64,000 nt of DNA from an uncultured Pseudomonadales bacterium. Its GTDB lineage: Bacteria > Patescibacteriota > Microgenomatia > UBA1400 > UBA12028. A model generated the notes under the pieces. The model saw nothing but the letters and a program-made list of their open reading frames with translations, was not told where the DNA came from and did no database searches. Numbering within the stretch: position 1 is the stretch's first letter; every line of letters begins with the position of its first letter. The position numbers and the translations under genes were made by a program. The DNA is taken from positions 2,251 through 66,250 of the forward strand of contig CAZBKJ010000001.1 of the NCBI GenBank assembly GCA_964492495.1. The letters are read 5' to 3'. This document shows positions 26,609 to 36,207 of this stretch, piece after piece.

Positions 26609-28261
26609 ATGAAAAAAATACTTCATCGTCATTGGGTTAGCATCGTTTTTTTTCTCACCCCCTGGATTGTGTTTTTTTCTGTGCAGTGGCCACGGATGCT
26701 CTCAATGAGAGCAGATGGACTGTATTCGGGACATCCGTATCTTTGGTCTGATTGGTCGATGCACCTTACCCTGGTGTCAATGTTTGCATACCGTCCACCT
26801 GCTCATTGGTTTGATTCACTCCCAGTCTATGCAGGAGCCAATGTCACGTATCCATTTGTGACAAATTTGTTGTCAGGACTCCTGGTTCGGCTGGGAACTG
26901 GATTTCCATTTGCAACGACGGCGCCTTCACTTGTGTTTACGATCAGTGCGTTAGTACTTTTGTATGCGTTTTTATCATATCTTTGCTCATCAAAGATATG
27001 GGCAGTAGTGGCGGGATGGATTATTTTGTGTTCAGGTGGACTGGGGTTTTTCTTACAGTCACAAGAATTTAGCGTCTATCAGGTGTTCACTGACTCAACC
27101 CTTACTCTTACGCAAGACGGCCCGACTGGACTTGAAGTGAACTCACTTATTCCTTCGATGATTTTTCCACAACGAGCATTTACCCTAGGATTTCCTGTTG
27201 GGCTTTCTATTTTTCTAATTCTCCTTGTGAATTTTTGGCGCGTACACCCACAGGTATTTCCTCGTTTTGAAATACTTCGCAAACGCAAAACACTCGTTGT
27301 CGCTGGGATTTTTGCTGGACTACTTCCGATAATTCATACGCACACCTTTTTGGTCATTTTTCTTTTCAGTGCTTGGAGTTTCTTATTTTCATATAAGCAT
27401 TTTAAAGATTGGATGTATTTTGCTATTCCAGCTGCAATTTTGTCACTCTTTTGCTATATAACCTTTTTATCAAAGTCCGTCTACCCGTCCACTTTTTTTT
27501 CGTACAATCCGTGGTGGGTATCACAAGATGGTTTATTTCCTTGGCTTCTGTTTTGGTGGAAAAATTGGGGAGTCTTTGGGCCTCTTGCTATCATTGGAAT
27601 GATTTTTTTGTGGAGGAAGAAATCAAAAACGCTATTTTTGTTTTCACTGTTCTTTTTTCTTTTGTTTATTGTGTCCAATGTCCTGCAGTTTCAGCCACAA
27701 GTATGGGACAACACAAAAATGTTTGCATGGAGTTATATTGGTCTTTCTGTAGCCGTAGTCGAAACGCTTCGGCTTGTACATAAACATGCGACCGTAGGAA
27801 TTTCCCATGCGATTATCGGCATCCTGCTTTTTTGTTTGATGATTTCTGGAGGGCTAGACGTCATTCATACGTTGGATGCAAAGACAAAAACATTTCGCAT
27901 GCTTTCAAGTGAGGAGTTAACTCTGGCATCCTGGGTACGAAGGAACACGCCACCAGATGCGGTTTTTTTAACTGCATTTAGTGTCACAAATCCTGTGTCG
28001 ATGGCTGGAGGAAGATCAGTTCTTTCAGGACACCCAGGGTGGGCATATAGTTATGGACTTCCACATCTCAAGCGTGAAGAAGATATTAAGAATATGCTTA
28101 AAAACCCCTCATACTACCTAGCTCTATTTGATTCGTTGTCTGTAAACTACGTCATGATTGGACCCGCAGAACTAGAGCATACTCCCGACGTTGTGTTTTT
28201 TGAATCTGTGTTTTCTCCAGTCTATACAAATGGAACGCATACTATCTACAAGCGACTATGA
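26609..28261 (+). CDS. Polytopic membrane protein, probable GT-C glycosyltransferase (paralogue 1)
   Basis: WSDWSMH, YPFVTNLLSG, PQRAF, IHTHTF, WDNTK; many TM segments and a soluble C-terminal domain. Confidence 0.7.
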   Translation: MKKILHRHWVSIVFFLTPWIVFFSVQWPRMLSMRADGLYSGHPYLWSDWSMHLTLVSMFAYRPPAHWFDSLPVYAGANVTYPFVTNLLSGLLVRLGTGFPFATTAPSLVFTISALVLLYAFLSYLCSSKIWAVVAGWIILCSGGLGFFLQSQEFSVYQVFTDSTLTLTQDGPTGLEVNSLIPSMIFPQRAFTLGFPVGLSIFLILLVNFWRVHPQVFPRFEILRKRKTLVVAGIFAGLLPIIHTHTFLVIFLFSAWSFLFSYKHFKDWMYFAIPAAILSLFCYITFLSKSVYPSTFFSYNPWWVSQDGLFPWLLFWWKNWGVFGPLAIIGMIFLWRKKSKTLFLFSLFFFLLFIVSNVLQFQPQVWDNTKMFAWSYIGLSVAVVETLRLVHKHATVGISHAIIGILLFCLMISGGLDVIHTLDAKTKTFRMLSSEELTLASWVRRNTPPDAVFLTAFSVTNPVSMAGGRSVLSGHPGWAYSYGLPHLKREEDIKNMLKNPSYYLALFDSLSVNYVMIGPAELEHTPDVVFFESVFSPVYTNGTHTIYKRL

Positions 28262-29904
28262 GATGGCGACACACACTTCCATTGCTGTTGTTATTTGTTA
28301 CGTTTGGAGTTTTTTTCATCGTGTTGTTTTCTCGCATGCTCGTCATCAATGAAAAAGGGTCATTTGTGTACCAGTCTCATGTGTGGAGTGACTGGGGGCT
28401 TCATATTTTCATGATCAACAGATTTGCGCACACAGATCCTTCAGAATGGTTTACACATAATCCAGCGTTTGCATACGGAAAGTTTACCTATCCATTTGTG
28501 GTGAATCTGATTTCAGGAATCCTTATCAGGTTAGGACTCACGCTCCAACTTGCGATCGCACTGCCATCGATACTCTTCTCATTTGCAATCATTGCAGGAC
28601 TCTATTTTGCAAATTTTTTACTATCAAAGTCTCGTGCCGTCTCTGTCATTGCTGTCTTTCTGTTTTTAACTGGTGCAGGAATGGGATTTGTTTCGTTTGT
28701 TCGTGAGTTCGCAGACAACCCCTCACTGCAGTTTTTTCTCTCCCTGAAAGATTACTCATCGTATGGTGAGTATCAGTGGTGGACAGGAAATATCGTTTCT
28801 GGAATGCTTCTTCCTCAGCGAGCATTTTTGCTCGGATTTGCGGTAGGGATCTGGATCATAGTGGGAATTATGTATGCAGTGTTGCGGTCTTCTTGCCGAT
28901 ACAGCAAGGAGATTCTTTTTTTCACTGGAATTGCATTTGGCTTTTTACCTATTATTCATGTGCATACTTTTATTGTTCTTTCGATTCTTCTTTTTTTCTA
29001 TTTTCTTGAACAGCGAAAGCATGTGCGATTACTTCTTTGGTTTGCCACTCCAGCTTTTTTTCTATCAGTTTTTTTCTTGCTTCGTTTTGTTCTCGTTGGC
29101 CTTTCAAGTGGCTCATTTCTTCAGTGGAGACCCGGATGGACAGCGACCAAAAATATCCAAGAGTGGATACACCTGTGGTGGAAACTCTGGGGAGTTTCAA
29201 TTCCTCTGAGCTTGATGGGGCTTCCTATTCTTTTGAGAAAAAAACAAATGCATGGATGGAGTATTGCGCTTGGATTTTTGTCGGTTTTTATCTTAGCAAA
29301 TCTCTTTTTATTCCAACCAAATTCTTGGGACAATTCGAAGTTATTTGCTTGGGTGTATCTGTATGTTTCTCTTTGCGCTGCGTATCTGTGTGTTTTTATA
29401 TGGAAACAATCTGTTATCGGAAAAGGTGTTGCGGTTTTCTTACTTCTCTGTCTTTGTGGAACTGGCATTCTAGAGCTGATCCATAATCTCAACCTAAAGC
29501 GCACCCCAACAGAATTAAACTCAGCCGAGGATATGCGACTGGGTTTTGAAATACGCTTGAAAACGCGTGCGGATGCTGTGTTTTTGACTGCCCCCACGAT
29601 CCATGAACCGATCATGACTTGGGGGGCGCGCCAAATTATGATGGGGTATTGGGCTTGGGCGTGGAACTATGGCTTTGATAATGGAAAACGGGAAGAGGAT
29701 ATCAAACAAATGTATACAGGAAGTGATGAAGGACTGGAGCTGATACGAAACTATCAGATATCCTATGTCGTGATTGGCCCTGCTGAAATTAATGATGTTA
29801 AACCAAACCAAGAATTCTTTACACGATTTCCTGTCGCTTTTTCAAACTCTTCATACAAAGTGTACGATGTTTCCGAACTGTCTTCAGGCTTAATACAACC
29901 ATAG
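28258..29904 (+). CDS. Polytopic membrane protein, probable GT-C glycosyltransferase (paralogue 2)
   Basis: WSDWGLH, YPFVVNLISG, PQRAF, IHVHTF, WDNSK; ATGA-coupled to paralogue 1. Confidence 0.7.
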   Translation: MRWRHTLPLLLLFVTFGVFFIVLFSRMLVINEKGSFVYQSHVWSDWGLHIFMINRFAHTDPSEWFTHNPAFAYGKFTYPFVVNLISGILIRLGLTLQLAIALPSILFSFAIIAGLYFANFLLSKSRAVSVIAVFLFLTGAGMGFVSFVREFADNPSLQFFLSLKDYSSYGEYQWWTGNIVSGMLLPQRAFLLGFAVGIWIIVGIMYAVLRSSCRYSKEILFFTGIAFGFLPIIHVHTFIVLSILLFFYFLEQRKHVRLLLWFATPAFFLSVFFLLRFVLVGLSSGSFLQWRPGWTATKNIQEWIHLWWKLWGVSIPLSLMGLPILLRKKQMHGWSIALGFLSVFILANLFLFQPNSWDNSKLFAWVYLYVSLCAAYLCVFIWKQSVIGKGVAVFLLLCLCGTGILELIHNLNLKRTPTELNSAEDMRLGFEIRLKTRADAVFLTAPTIHEPIMTWGARQIMMGYWAWAWNYGFDNGKREEDIKQMYTGSDEGLELIRNYQISYVVIGPAEINDVKPNQEFFTRFPVAFSNSSYKVYDVSELSSGLIQP

Positions 29905-31002
29905 GCCTTTGATGAAAATATCTAATCCAAACAATGCTAGAGATCCGAAAATAAGTACGAGTGCAATGTATACGGGAAAGACACGTTCTGTCAGATCTTC
30001 AAGAATAAGGTACAGCGGAATAACAAGACCAAGGTAGCGAGCATTTGAGAGCCAATACGTTTGGGATGCTACAAGAAAAAAATTTCCAAGAATCCATACA
30101 ATCCATATGAGATTTGCTTTTCTTCTTTTCACAACAAGATACAAAACCAAGAGAAGTGGTGTTCCGAGCGTGATCGTTTGATCAACAAGATAGGTTGGTA
30201 AATCTTGTCTGGGCAGCGTTGCCAGTTTTTGAAAAGAAAAAGACTGTACTTCTTCCTTGTAGCGCGAAATAGGATCTGTAGCTGTTTTATGCCAATTGTT
30301 TGCTTGAATTTTTTGCCATGCAAGGGGATCGTTGTACAGTGCGATATTGATACTGGTATAGAGTAGAAATCCTGAAAGGATAATCGCTACAGCAGATAGT
30401 TTCTGAACTTTTTGTTTGAAGTGAAGCGTGGTATCTAGAAGTATTGTTCCTGCAAAAGGGAGAATAAATAAGAGTCCAGGAAGTCTGGTCATTGTTGCAG
30501 TAGCCCCAGCAAAAGAGGCATAGAGGTATTTTTTTTGAACTAGCAGATAGAGAAACAAACACGTCAAAAGAAGGAAGAGTCCTTCAGTATACAAAAGCAT
30601 GAAGTAAACAGCAGTAGGGCTTACGCACAGTAGTACAAACGCACGTATTTTTTTGTGTTGGCTGTACCCAATTTTTTCTAGGTACAGCAAAAAAAACGCA
30701 TGACCCGCAATCGAGGTGATGGCTGTTATTGTGATCGCAGAAAGTGTGGGTGAGATATAAAAAAGTGGATTTGCTCTGATAAGTAGAGGATACAAAGGAT
30801 AAAAAACAATGAAATTCCGTTCATCACCACTTGTGGAATATCCGTGTTCTGCTAGATACAAATAGTGTCGTGCATCCCACATAGAAAAACGCTGTGAGAG
30901 AAGGGAAAGTGACACTGAGGAATTATTTTTGAAAAGAAAAATCCCGAGGACAGCAACAAGTACGACCTGGTACATAACAGACCAGACCAACGCCCTTTTC
31001 AT
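29890..31002 (-). CDS. PIG-V-like mannosyltransferase (GT-C)
   Basis: WDARHYLYLAEHGY, VFYPLYPLL, YTEGLF, TRLPG, SNARY. Confidence 0.85.
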   Translation of the reverse strand: MKRALVWSVMYQVVLVAVLGIFLFKNNSSVSLSLLSQRFSMWDARHYLYLAEHGYSTSGDERNFIVFYPLYPLLIRANPLFYISPTLSAITITAITSIAGHAFFLLYLEKIGYSQHKKIRAFVLLCVSPTAVYFMLLYTEGLFLLLTCLFLYLLVQKKYLYASFAGATATMTRLPGLLFILPFAGTILLDTTLHFKQKVQKLSAVAIILSGFLLYTSINIALYNDPLAWQKIQANNWHKTATDPISRYKEEVQSFSFQKLATLPRQDLPTYLVDQTITLGTPLLLVLYLVVKRRKANLIWIVWILGNFFLVASQTYWLSNARYLGLVIPLYLILEDLTERVFPVYIALVLIFGSLALFGLDIFIKGLWLY

Positions 31003-31685
31003 GCAATGCTCCCAAGAAGGTCAGTGAACGTTTCTACTTTCAGTGAAGCAGATCCTACAAGAAAGCCATCTATCTCAGGTGACGTGAGTAGCTTCCTATC
31101 ACTAGTGGAGTTCACACTTCCACCATAGAGAAATGGCACGTTCCCAAATGCGGTTTTGACATGTTCCTTTACATCCAGAATATGTTCAATCGTATCTGTT
31201 TCATCTGATCCAATATGCTCGATTGGTTCAAAAGTAACAAGGAGTTTTTTGCGATCTGACTCATCGATCGCATTGGCTTGTGCATTTATTTCATCTTTTG
31301 TCACACAAATAATAGGAACTATATTGTGTTCGATACATTCACGAACTTTATTTGCGACGTCTGTATTTGTTTCATGAAAATATCGACGGCGTTCGCTGTG
31401 TCCAATAATCGCATATTTCACGCCAAGGCCTTCGAGGTTCAAACTTGAAACCGCACCAGTATAGGATCCCGCGGGATATGGACTGATATCTTGCACGCCG
31501 ATAAAAACAGTAGTGATTTTTTGTACCTCGTCAAACAGTGACAGATGAGGAAAAGCAGGGCAGAGGACGATCGTCGTTGATCGGTCGTAGTTTGTCTTTT
31601 GAAGTTGAGGAGCGAACTGCTTAACCCAATCAGCTATTTCTTCTGAATTTTTATTCGATTTGAAGTTGGCGATGACGTATTTCAT
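30999..31685 (-). CDS. tpiA: Triosephosphate isomerase
   Basis: IANFK, GSYTG, IIGHSERR, FEP, LYGGSVN, DGFLVGSASL. Confidence 0.93.
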   Translation of the reverse strand: MKYVIANFKSNKNSEEIADWVKQFAPQLQKTNYDRSTTIVLCPAFPHLSLFDEVQKITTVFIGVQDISPYPAGSYTGAVSSLNLEGLGVKYAIIGHSERRRYFHETNTDVANKVRECIEHNIVPIICVTKDEINAQANAIDESDRKKLLVTFEPIEHIGSDETDTIEHILDVKEHVKTAFGNVPFLYGGSVNSTSDRKLLTSPEIDGFLVGSASLKVETFTDLLGSIA

Positions 31686-31805
31686 AGTGGAAAGTTTTTT
31701 TCTACTCTTGAATTGGACTATAAACGATAAACTACTTGCCCGCAATGCTTTCTATAGTTTGTAATTCTGTAGGCGAGTCAAGTTTTGGTGTGATACTATG
31801 GCGAA

Positions 31806-33875
31806 ATGGATATCTCCAAAGCACTCGATATACTCAATGAGGCACAGCGACAAGCGGTACAACATCCAATTGGAGTTCCTGCCATGGTGATGGCTGGTGC
31901 TGGATCGGGAAAAACGAGGGTGTTGACGACAAGAGTTGCCCACTTGGTTGCAAATCACAGTGTACATCCTTCTGGAGTTTTACTCGTTACGTTTACAAAT
32001 AAAGCCGCAGCTGAGATGACTACCCGTGTCAGTATGCTCACCGGATCAGGATTGCCTTTTTCAGGGACATTTCATCGTATATGCGCGCGGATTTTGCGAG
32101 CATCAGGAAAAAGTATCGGGCTTGATCCAAACTTCACGATCTATGATAGCGATGATCAGATTTCTCTGGTGACGCAAATCGAAAAGGAACTCGGAATTTC
32201 AACAAAGGAGTATCGACCGGCATCAATTCTGTCATTAATTTCGGGAGCCAAAAACGAACTTGTGACACCCATTGAGTACCACTCCCTTGCCAAAGGAAGA
32301 TTTCAAGAAACAGCCAGCCGTGTCTATCCTATTTATCAGCGACGACTGGCGCAAAATGGGGCTGTAGATTTTGATGATTTACTTATGAAAACCGTGGAGC
32401 TTCTGTCACAAGATGAGCCAACTCGCCGGTACTACCAACAACTTTTTTCCCACATTCTCATTGATGAGTATCAAGATACAAACACCGCGCAGCTCACTCT
32501 CACAAAACTTCTGTTAAATAGTGATCACAATCTTTTTGTGGTTGGAGACTTTTCTCAAGCAATTTATAGCTGGAGAGGTGCGGATTTTCGCAACATGATG
32601 TCTCTGCAAACACAGTTTCCTGAAATGAAAACCTATGAACTGTCACAGAACTACCGCAGTACCCAACCAATATTGGAAGCTGCAAGCGCTGTGATTGCCC
32701 ATAACAGTAGTCATCCTGTACTGGAGCTCTGGACAGATAAAAATGAAGGAGAAAAGTTGGTGTTGTTTGAAGCAGACACTGACAGAGAAGAAGTGAAGCA
32801 TGTGGTGAGAGAGACAGCAAGTTATCTACAGAAAAATCCTTTTGCAACTATTGCTGTGTTATATCGAACCAATGCCCAAAGTCGCGCGTTTGAAGAAGGA
32901 TTTTTGTCTGCAGGAATTTCGTACAGACTAGTTGGTGGACTGCGATTTTATGCTCGCAAAGAAATAAAAGATATTTTGGCGTACTTGCGACTGTACGTAC
33001 ACGCGGAAGATGAAATTGCCAAGGGAAGAATTGAAAAATTGGGAAAAAGAAAAGCTGCCGTTTTTTTCCAATGGCTTGAACAAGAAAAAGCAAGAGAAGA
33101 AGAAGCTGTACAACGAATGCAGACAGAAACAACAGACTCTGTAGAACAAGCACGAGCTGCATTTGAAATTCCCAATGCCAAAGGAAGTGAACAAGAGCAT
33201 GTGGAACAAAATGAGACTTCTGCGCTAGTCGTGGTTGACAAGATTTTAGAAAACACGAAATACATACAGAGTTTTGACGAGCATGATGAAGAAGATCGTG
33301 GAAGACTTGAAAATATTCAGGAGTTTCGATCTGTAGCCGCAAGTTACCCAACCATTCTTTCACTGCTTGAAGCGGTTTCTTTGATTGAGGAAGAAGCTCT
33401 GCGCAAGGAAACTGATGAAGATAGCTCTCGCGTAACGCTTATGAGTATTCATGGAGCCAAAGGGCTTGAGTTTGATCGTGTCTTTATTGTCGGGATGGAA
33501 GAAGGAATCTTCCCACATTCACGATCACTTCTTGCCCCTCAAGAGATGGAGGAAGAACGACGACTTTGTTATGTTGCAATGACTAGAGCGCGAAGTCATC
33601 TCACTCTGAGTTTTGCTCGCCAAAGACTCTTGTATGGACGTATCAGTGGCTCAGTGGTTTCCCGCTTTATTGCTGAAATTCCCAAAGATGTCGTGCAAGC
33701 AACTCTCTCCCCAAGAGTAGGACAGATGGTGTCACGTTTTACAGGAAGACAAAATTCATCCTTTGGTCAGCCAAAACCAGTAGAACGCAAGCAAGTATTT
33801 ACCTCTTTTGATGATCCTAGTATTGATGACTTTTTGGAAGGAAACATGGATATCGATGCCTTCCTATCTTCGTAA
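31806..33875 (+). CDS. pcrA: UvrD/PcrA superfamily 1 DNA helicase
   Basis: AGAGSGKT, TFTNKAA, IDEYQDTN, QNYRS, LYRTNAQSR, HGAKGLEF, EERRLCYVAMTRA. Confidence 0.95.
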   Translation: MDISKALDILNEAQRQAVQHPIGVPAMVMAGAGSGKTRVLTTRVAHLVANHSVHPSGVLLVTFTNKAAAEMTTRVSMLTGSGLPFSGTFHRICARILRASGKSIGLDPNFTIYDSDDQISLVTQIEKELGISTKEYRPASILSLISGAKNELVTPIEYHSLAKGRFQETASRVYPIYQRRLAQNGAVDFDDLLMKTVELLSQDEPTRRYYQQLFSHILIDEYQDTNTAQLTLTKLLLNSDHNLFVVGDFSQAIYSWRGADFRNMMSLQTQFPEMKTYELSQNYRSTQPILEAASAVIAHNSSHPVLELWTDKNEGEKLVLFEADTDREEVKHVVRETASYLQKNPFATIAVLYRTNAQSRAFEEGFLSAGISYRLVGGLRFYARKEIKDILAYLRLYVHAEDEIAKGRIEKLGKRKAAVFFQWLEQEKAREEEAVQRMQTETTDSVEQARAAFEIPNAKGSEQEHVEQNETSALVVVDKILENTKYIQSFDEHDEEDRGRLENIQEFRSVAASYPTILSLLEAVSLIEEEALRKETDEDSSRVTLMSIHGAKGLEFDRVFIVGMEEGIFPHSRSLLAPQEMEEERRLCYVAMTRARSHLTLSFARQRLLYGRISGSVVSRFIAEIPKDVVQATLSPRVGQMVSRFTGRQNSSFGQPKPVERKQVFTSFDDPSIDDFLEGNMDIDAFLSS

Positions 33876-33932
33876 TACAGTTCGCTTTCCTACTTGCACT
33901 TTGTGGTAAAAATTACTACGCTTATCTATAGT

Positions 33933-34130
33933 ATGAAAAAAGCAAAAACAAAACGAAGTGGTGTCAGCAAAAAAACACAATCTCACAGAGCAGTCTTTTG
34001 TGACTGTGGATCACTCTTGTGTGATAAGAGTACTGGCTTTTGGGGAAAAGACCAACCAATGGTGCTTTTATTGTCAGCAGGAATTGTCATCCTTATCGTC
34101 GTTGGCTTATATCTGACGGGTTGGTTATAA
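33933..34130 (+). CDS. Small membrane protein
   Basis: Basic N-terminus, CDCG..LC, C-terminal TM. Confidence 0.55.
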   Translation: MKKAKTKRSGVSKKTQSHRAVFCDCGSLLCDKSTGFWGKDQPMVLLLSAGIVILIVVGLYLTGWL

Positions 34131-34139
34131 TAAACCCCT

Positions 34140-35171
34140 ATGCTCGTTCGTCCTCTTGGAAGTATTGATAGAACTGCGCTTGATGCAGTGGCTGTTCATC
34201 CTTTGCAGTCATATGCGTGGGGGGAGTTTCGAGGCGAAACTGGTCAGAGTGTCGAGCGAGTTGGATTCTTTGATCAAGGGAAGCTCAATTCCGTTCTCAC
34301 TGTCACGTTTCATAAAGTTCCAAAAACATCGTACACAATTGGCTACGTTCCACGTGGAAGTATGCCAGATGAAACGATGCTTGCGACACTTCGAGCGCTG
34401 GGTGAAAAATACAACGCAATTTCTATTAAACTTGAACCCAACGTGTCTGCTCCCGTCGCAAATACCGCTTCCCATGAAGTCACAACCAAATTTTTACTTT
34501 CGCATGGCTGTGTAGTTGGAAAACCATTGTTTACTCCCTATACATTTGTCCTTTCTCTTGAGCCTTCTGAAGAAGAGCTACTTGCAAACATGCACCAAAA
34601 AACCAGGTACAACATCAACGTTGCCATCAAAAAGGGTGTGCAGGTTGTCGAAGACAGTACGGAAGGCGGGCTTGAAGAGTACTTCACTCTCTTGGAAGAA
34701 ACTACCAAGCGCCAAGGATTTTATGCGCATGACAGAGAGTATTACCAAAAACTCTGGAAGATTTTATCCAAAGAAGGTATAGCCCATATTTTCAAAGCGG
34801 TATATGAAGGAAAGACCCTTGGTATCTGGGTTGTGTTTGTGTTTAACAAAACAATCTATTATCCATACGGGGCATCATCTCGAGAGAATCGAGAAGTGAT
34901 GGGAAACAATCTTCTAGCCTGGGAAGTAATAAAATTTGGGAAAAAGATGGGGTGTACCAAGTTTGATATGTGGGGAAGCTTAGGGCCAGAACCAAATCCG
35001 AAAGATCCTTGGTTTGGCTTTCATAAGTTCAAGGAAGGCTACGGTGGAACCCTCATGCAGTTTATTGGCACGTATGACTTAGTTTTGAATCCTCGCATGT
35101 ATGGTATAGTGCAAAAGCTCGATTCCATCCGATGGAAAGTGCTACGTATCAAGTCTAAATTTGGATTGTAG
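34140..35171 (+). CDS. FemABX family peptidoglycan interpeptide bridge transferase
   Basis: HPLQSYAWG, KTRYNINVA.KKGV, YYPYGASS, FDMWG, FKEGYGG. Confidence 0.92.
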   Translation: MLVRPLGSIDRTALDAVAVHPLQSYAWGEFRGETGQSVERVGFFDQGKLNSVLTVTFHKVPKTSYTIGYVPRGSMPDETMLATLRALGEKYNAISIKLEPNVSAPVANTASHEVTTKFLLSHGCVVGKPLFTPYTFVLSLEPSEEELLANMHQKTRYNINVAIKKGVQVVEDSTEGGLEEYFTLLEETTKRQGFYAHDREYYQKLWKILSKEGIAHIFKAVYEGKTLGIWVVFVFNKTIYYPYGASSRENREVMGNNLLAWEVIKFGKKMGCTKFDMWGSLGPEPNPKDPWFGFHKFKEGYGGTLMQFIGTYDLVLNPRMYGIVQKLDSIRWKVLRIKSKFGL

Positions 35172-35190
35172 AACTCTTGAAAGGAGTTGT

Positions 35191-35916
35191 ATGTCACAAA
35201 ATATTGTTCCTGCGTATAAACGTATCCTCCTCAAACTTGGTGGGGAAATTATGCTGGGGAAGCGTGAGCATGGCGTCGACCCTGAGGCTGCGATGGAAAT
35301 TGCTTCTCAAATCAAAGAAGTCTACGAGACTGGTGTGCAGGTCGCAATTGTTATTGGTGGTGGTAATATTTTTCGTGGAATGGCTGGATCAAAAAACGGC
35401 ATCGATCGAGCCACAGCTGATTACATGGGGATGCTTGCGACCGTCATGAACGCGCTGGCATTACAAGATGCTCTGGAAAAAGTGGGAGTTCCAACCCGAG
35501 TACAATCAGCTTTGTTGATGCCAGCAGTGGCCGAAAGTTTTATTCGACGAAAAGCCCTTCGTCATATGGAAAAAGGAAGAGTCGTGATTCTAGCTGCAGG
35601 AACTGGCGTTCCGTACGTGACAACTGATACTGGTGCAACACTTCATGCATTGGAGCTTCACTGTGACATCGTCATGAAAGCAACAAAAGTTGATGGTGTG
35701 TATGACAAAGATCCAATGAAACACAAGGACGCAAAGCGATACAAGAAATTGACGATCATGGAAGCTATCCAAAATCCAGATATTGGAGTGATGGATACAG
35801 CTGGTCTTACCATGTGTATGGAAAACAAAATGAAAATTCTTGTTTTTAATGCATTTGAAAAAGGAAACTTACTTCGAGCTGTTGCTGGAGATGATATCGG
35901 AACACTGGTGGAGTAA
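35191..35916 (+). CDS. pyrH: Uridylate kinase
   Basis: YKRILLKLGGE, GGGNIFRG, ADYMGMLATVMN, TTDT, KATKVDGVYDKDP; SD AAAGGAG. Confidence 0.97.
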   Translation: MSQNIVPAYKRILLKLGGEIMLGKREHGVDPEAAMEIASQIKEVYETGVQVAIVIGGGNIFRGMAGSKNGIDRATADYMGMLATVMNALALQDALEKVGVPTRVQSALLMPAVAESFIRRKALRHMEKGRVVILAAGTGVPYVTTDTGATLHALELHCDIVMKATKVDGVYDKDPMKHKDAKRYKKLTIMEAIQNPDIGVMDTAGLTMCMENKMKILVFNAFEKGNLLRAVAGDDIGTLVE

Positions 35917-35948
35917 TCGAAAATTTCTGCAGTTGCGGGGAGACAGTT

Positions 35949-36194
35949 ATGAATAAAGAAAGAAGATTTGAATACCAAGAAGTTCCTTTAATAAAGGGAA
36001 TACTTGATTATGTAAAAAAGTATGGTCCAGTAAATATGGCTGATATATGGCAAGGGGGAAGAAACACAGGATGGATTTCTCCACAGGCTACGGAAAACGA
36101 AGTTAGAACATCAGTAGATAGGTTGCTTGAATCTGGAGAGTTGATATATACAAACTCATTTCGATTAAAAGCCTGTCCATCCGTTGAGAAGTAA
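35949..36194 (+). CDS. Small hypothetical protein (possible winged helix)
   Basis: ILDYVKKYGP..MADI...EVRTSVDRLLESGEL pattern. Confidence 0.5.
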   Translation: MNKERRFEYQEVPLIKGILDYVKKYGPVNMADIWQGGRNTGWISPQATENEVRTSVDRLLESGELIYTNSFRLKACPSVEK

Positions 36195-36207
36195 GTTCAA
36201 ATATTTC

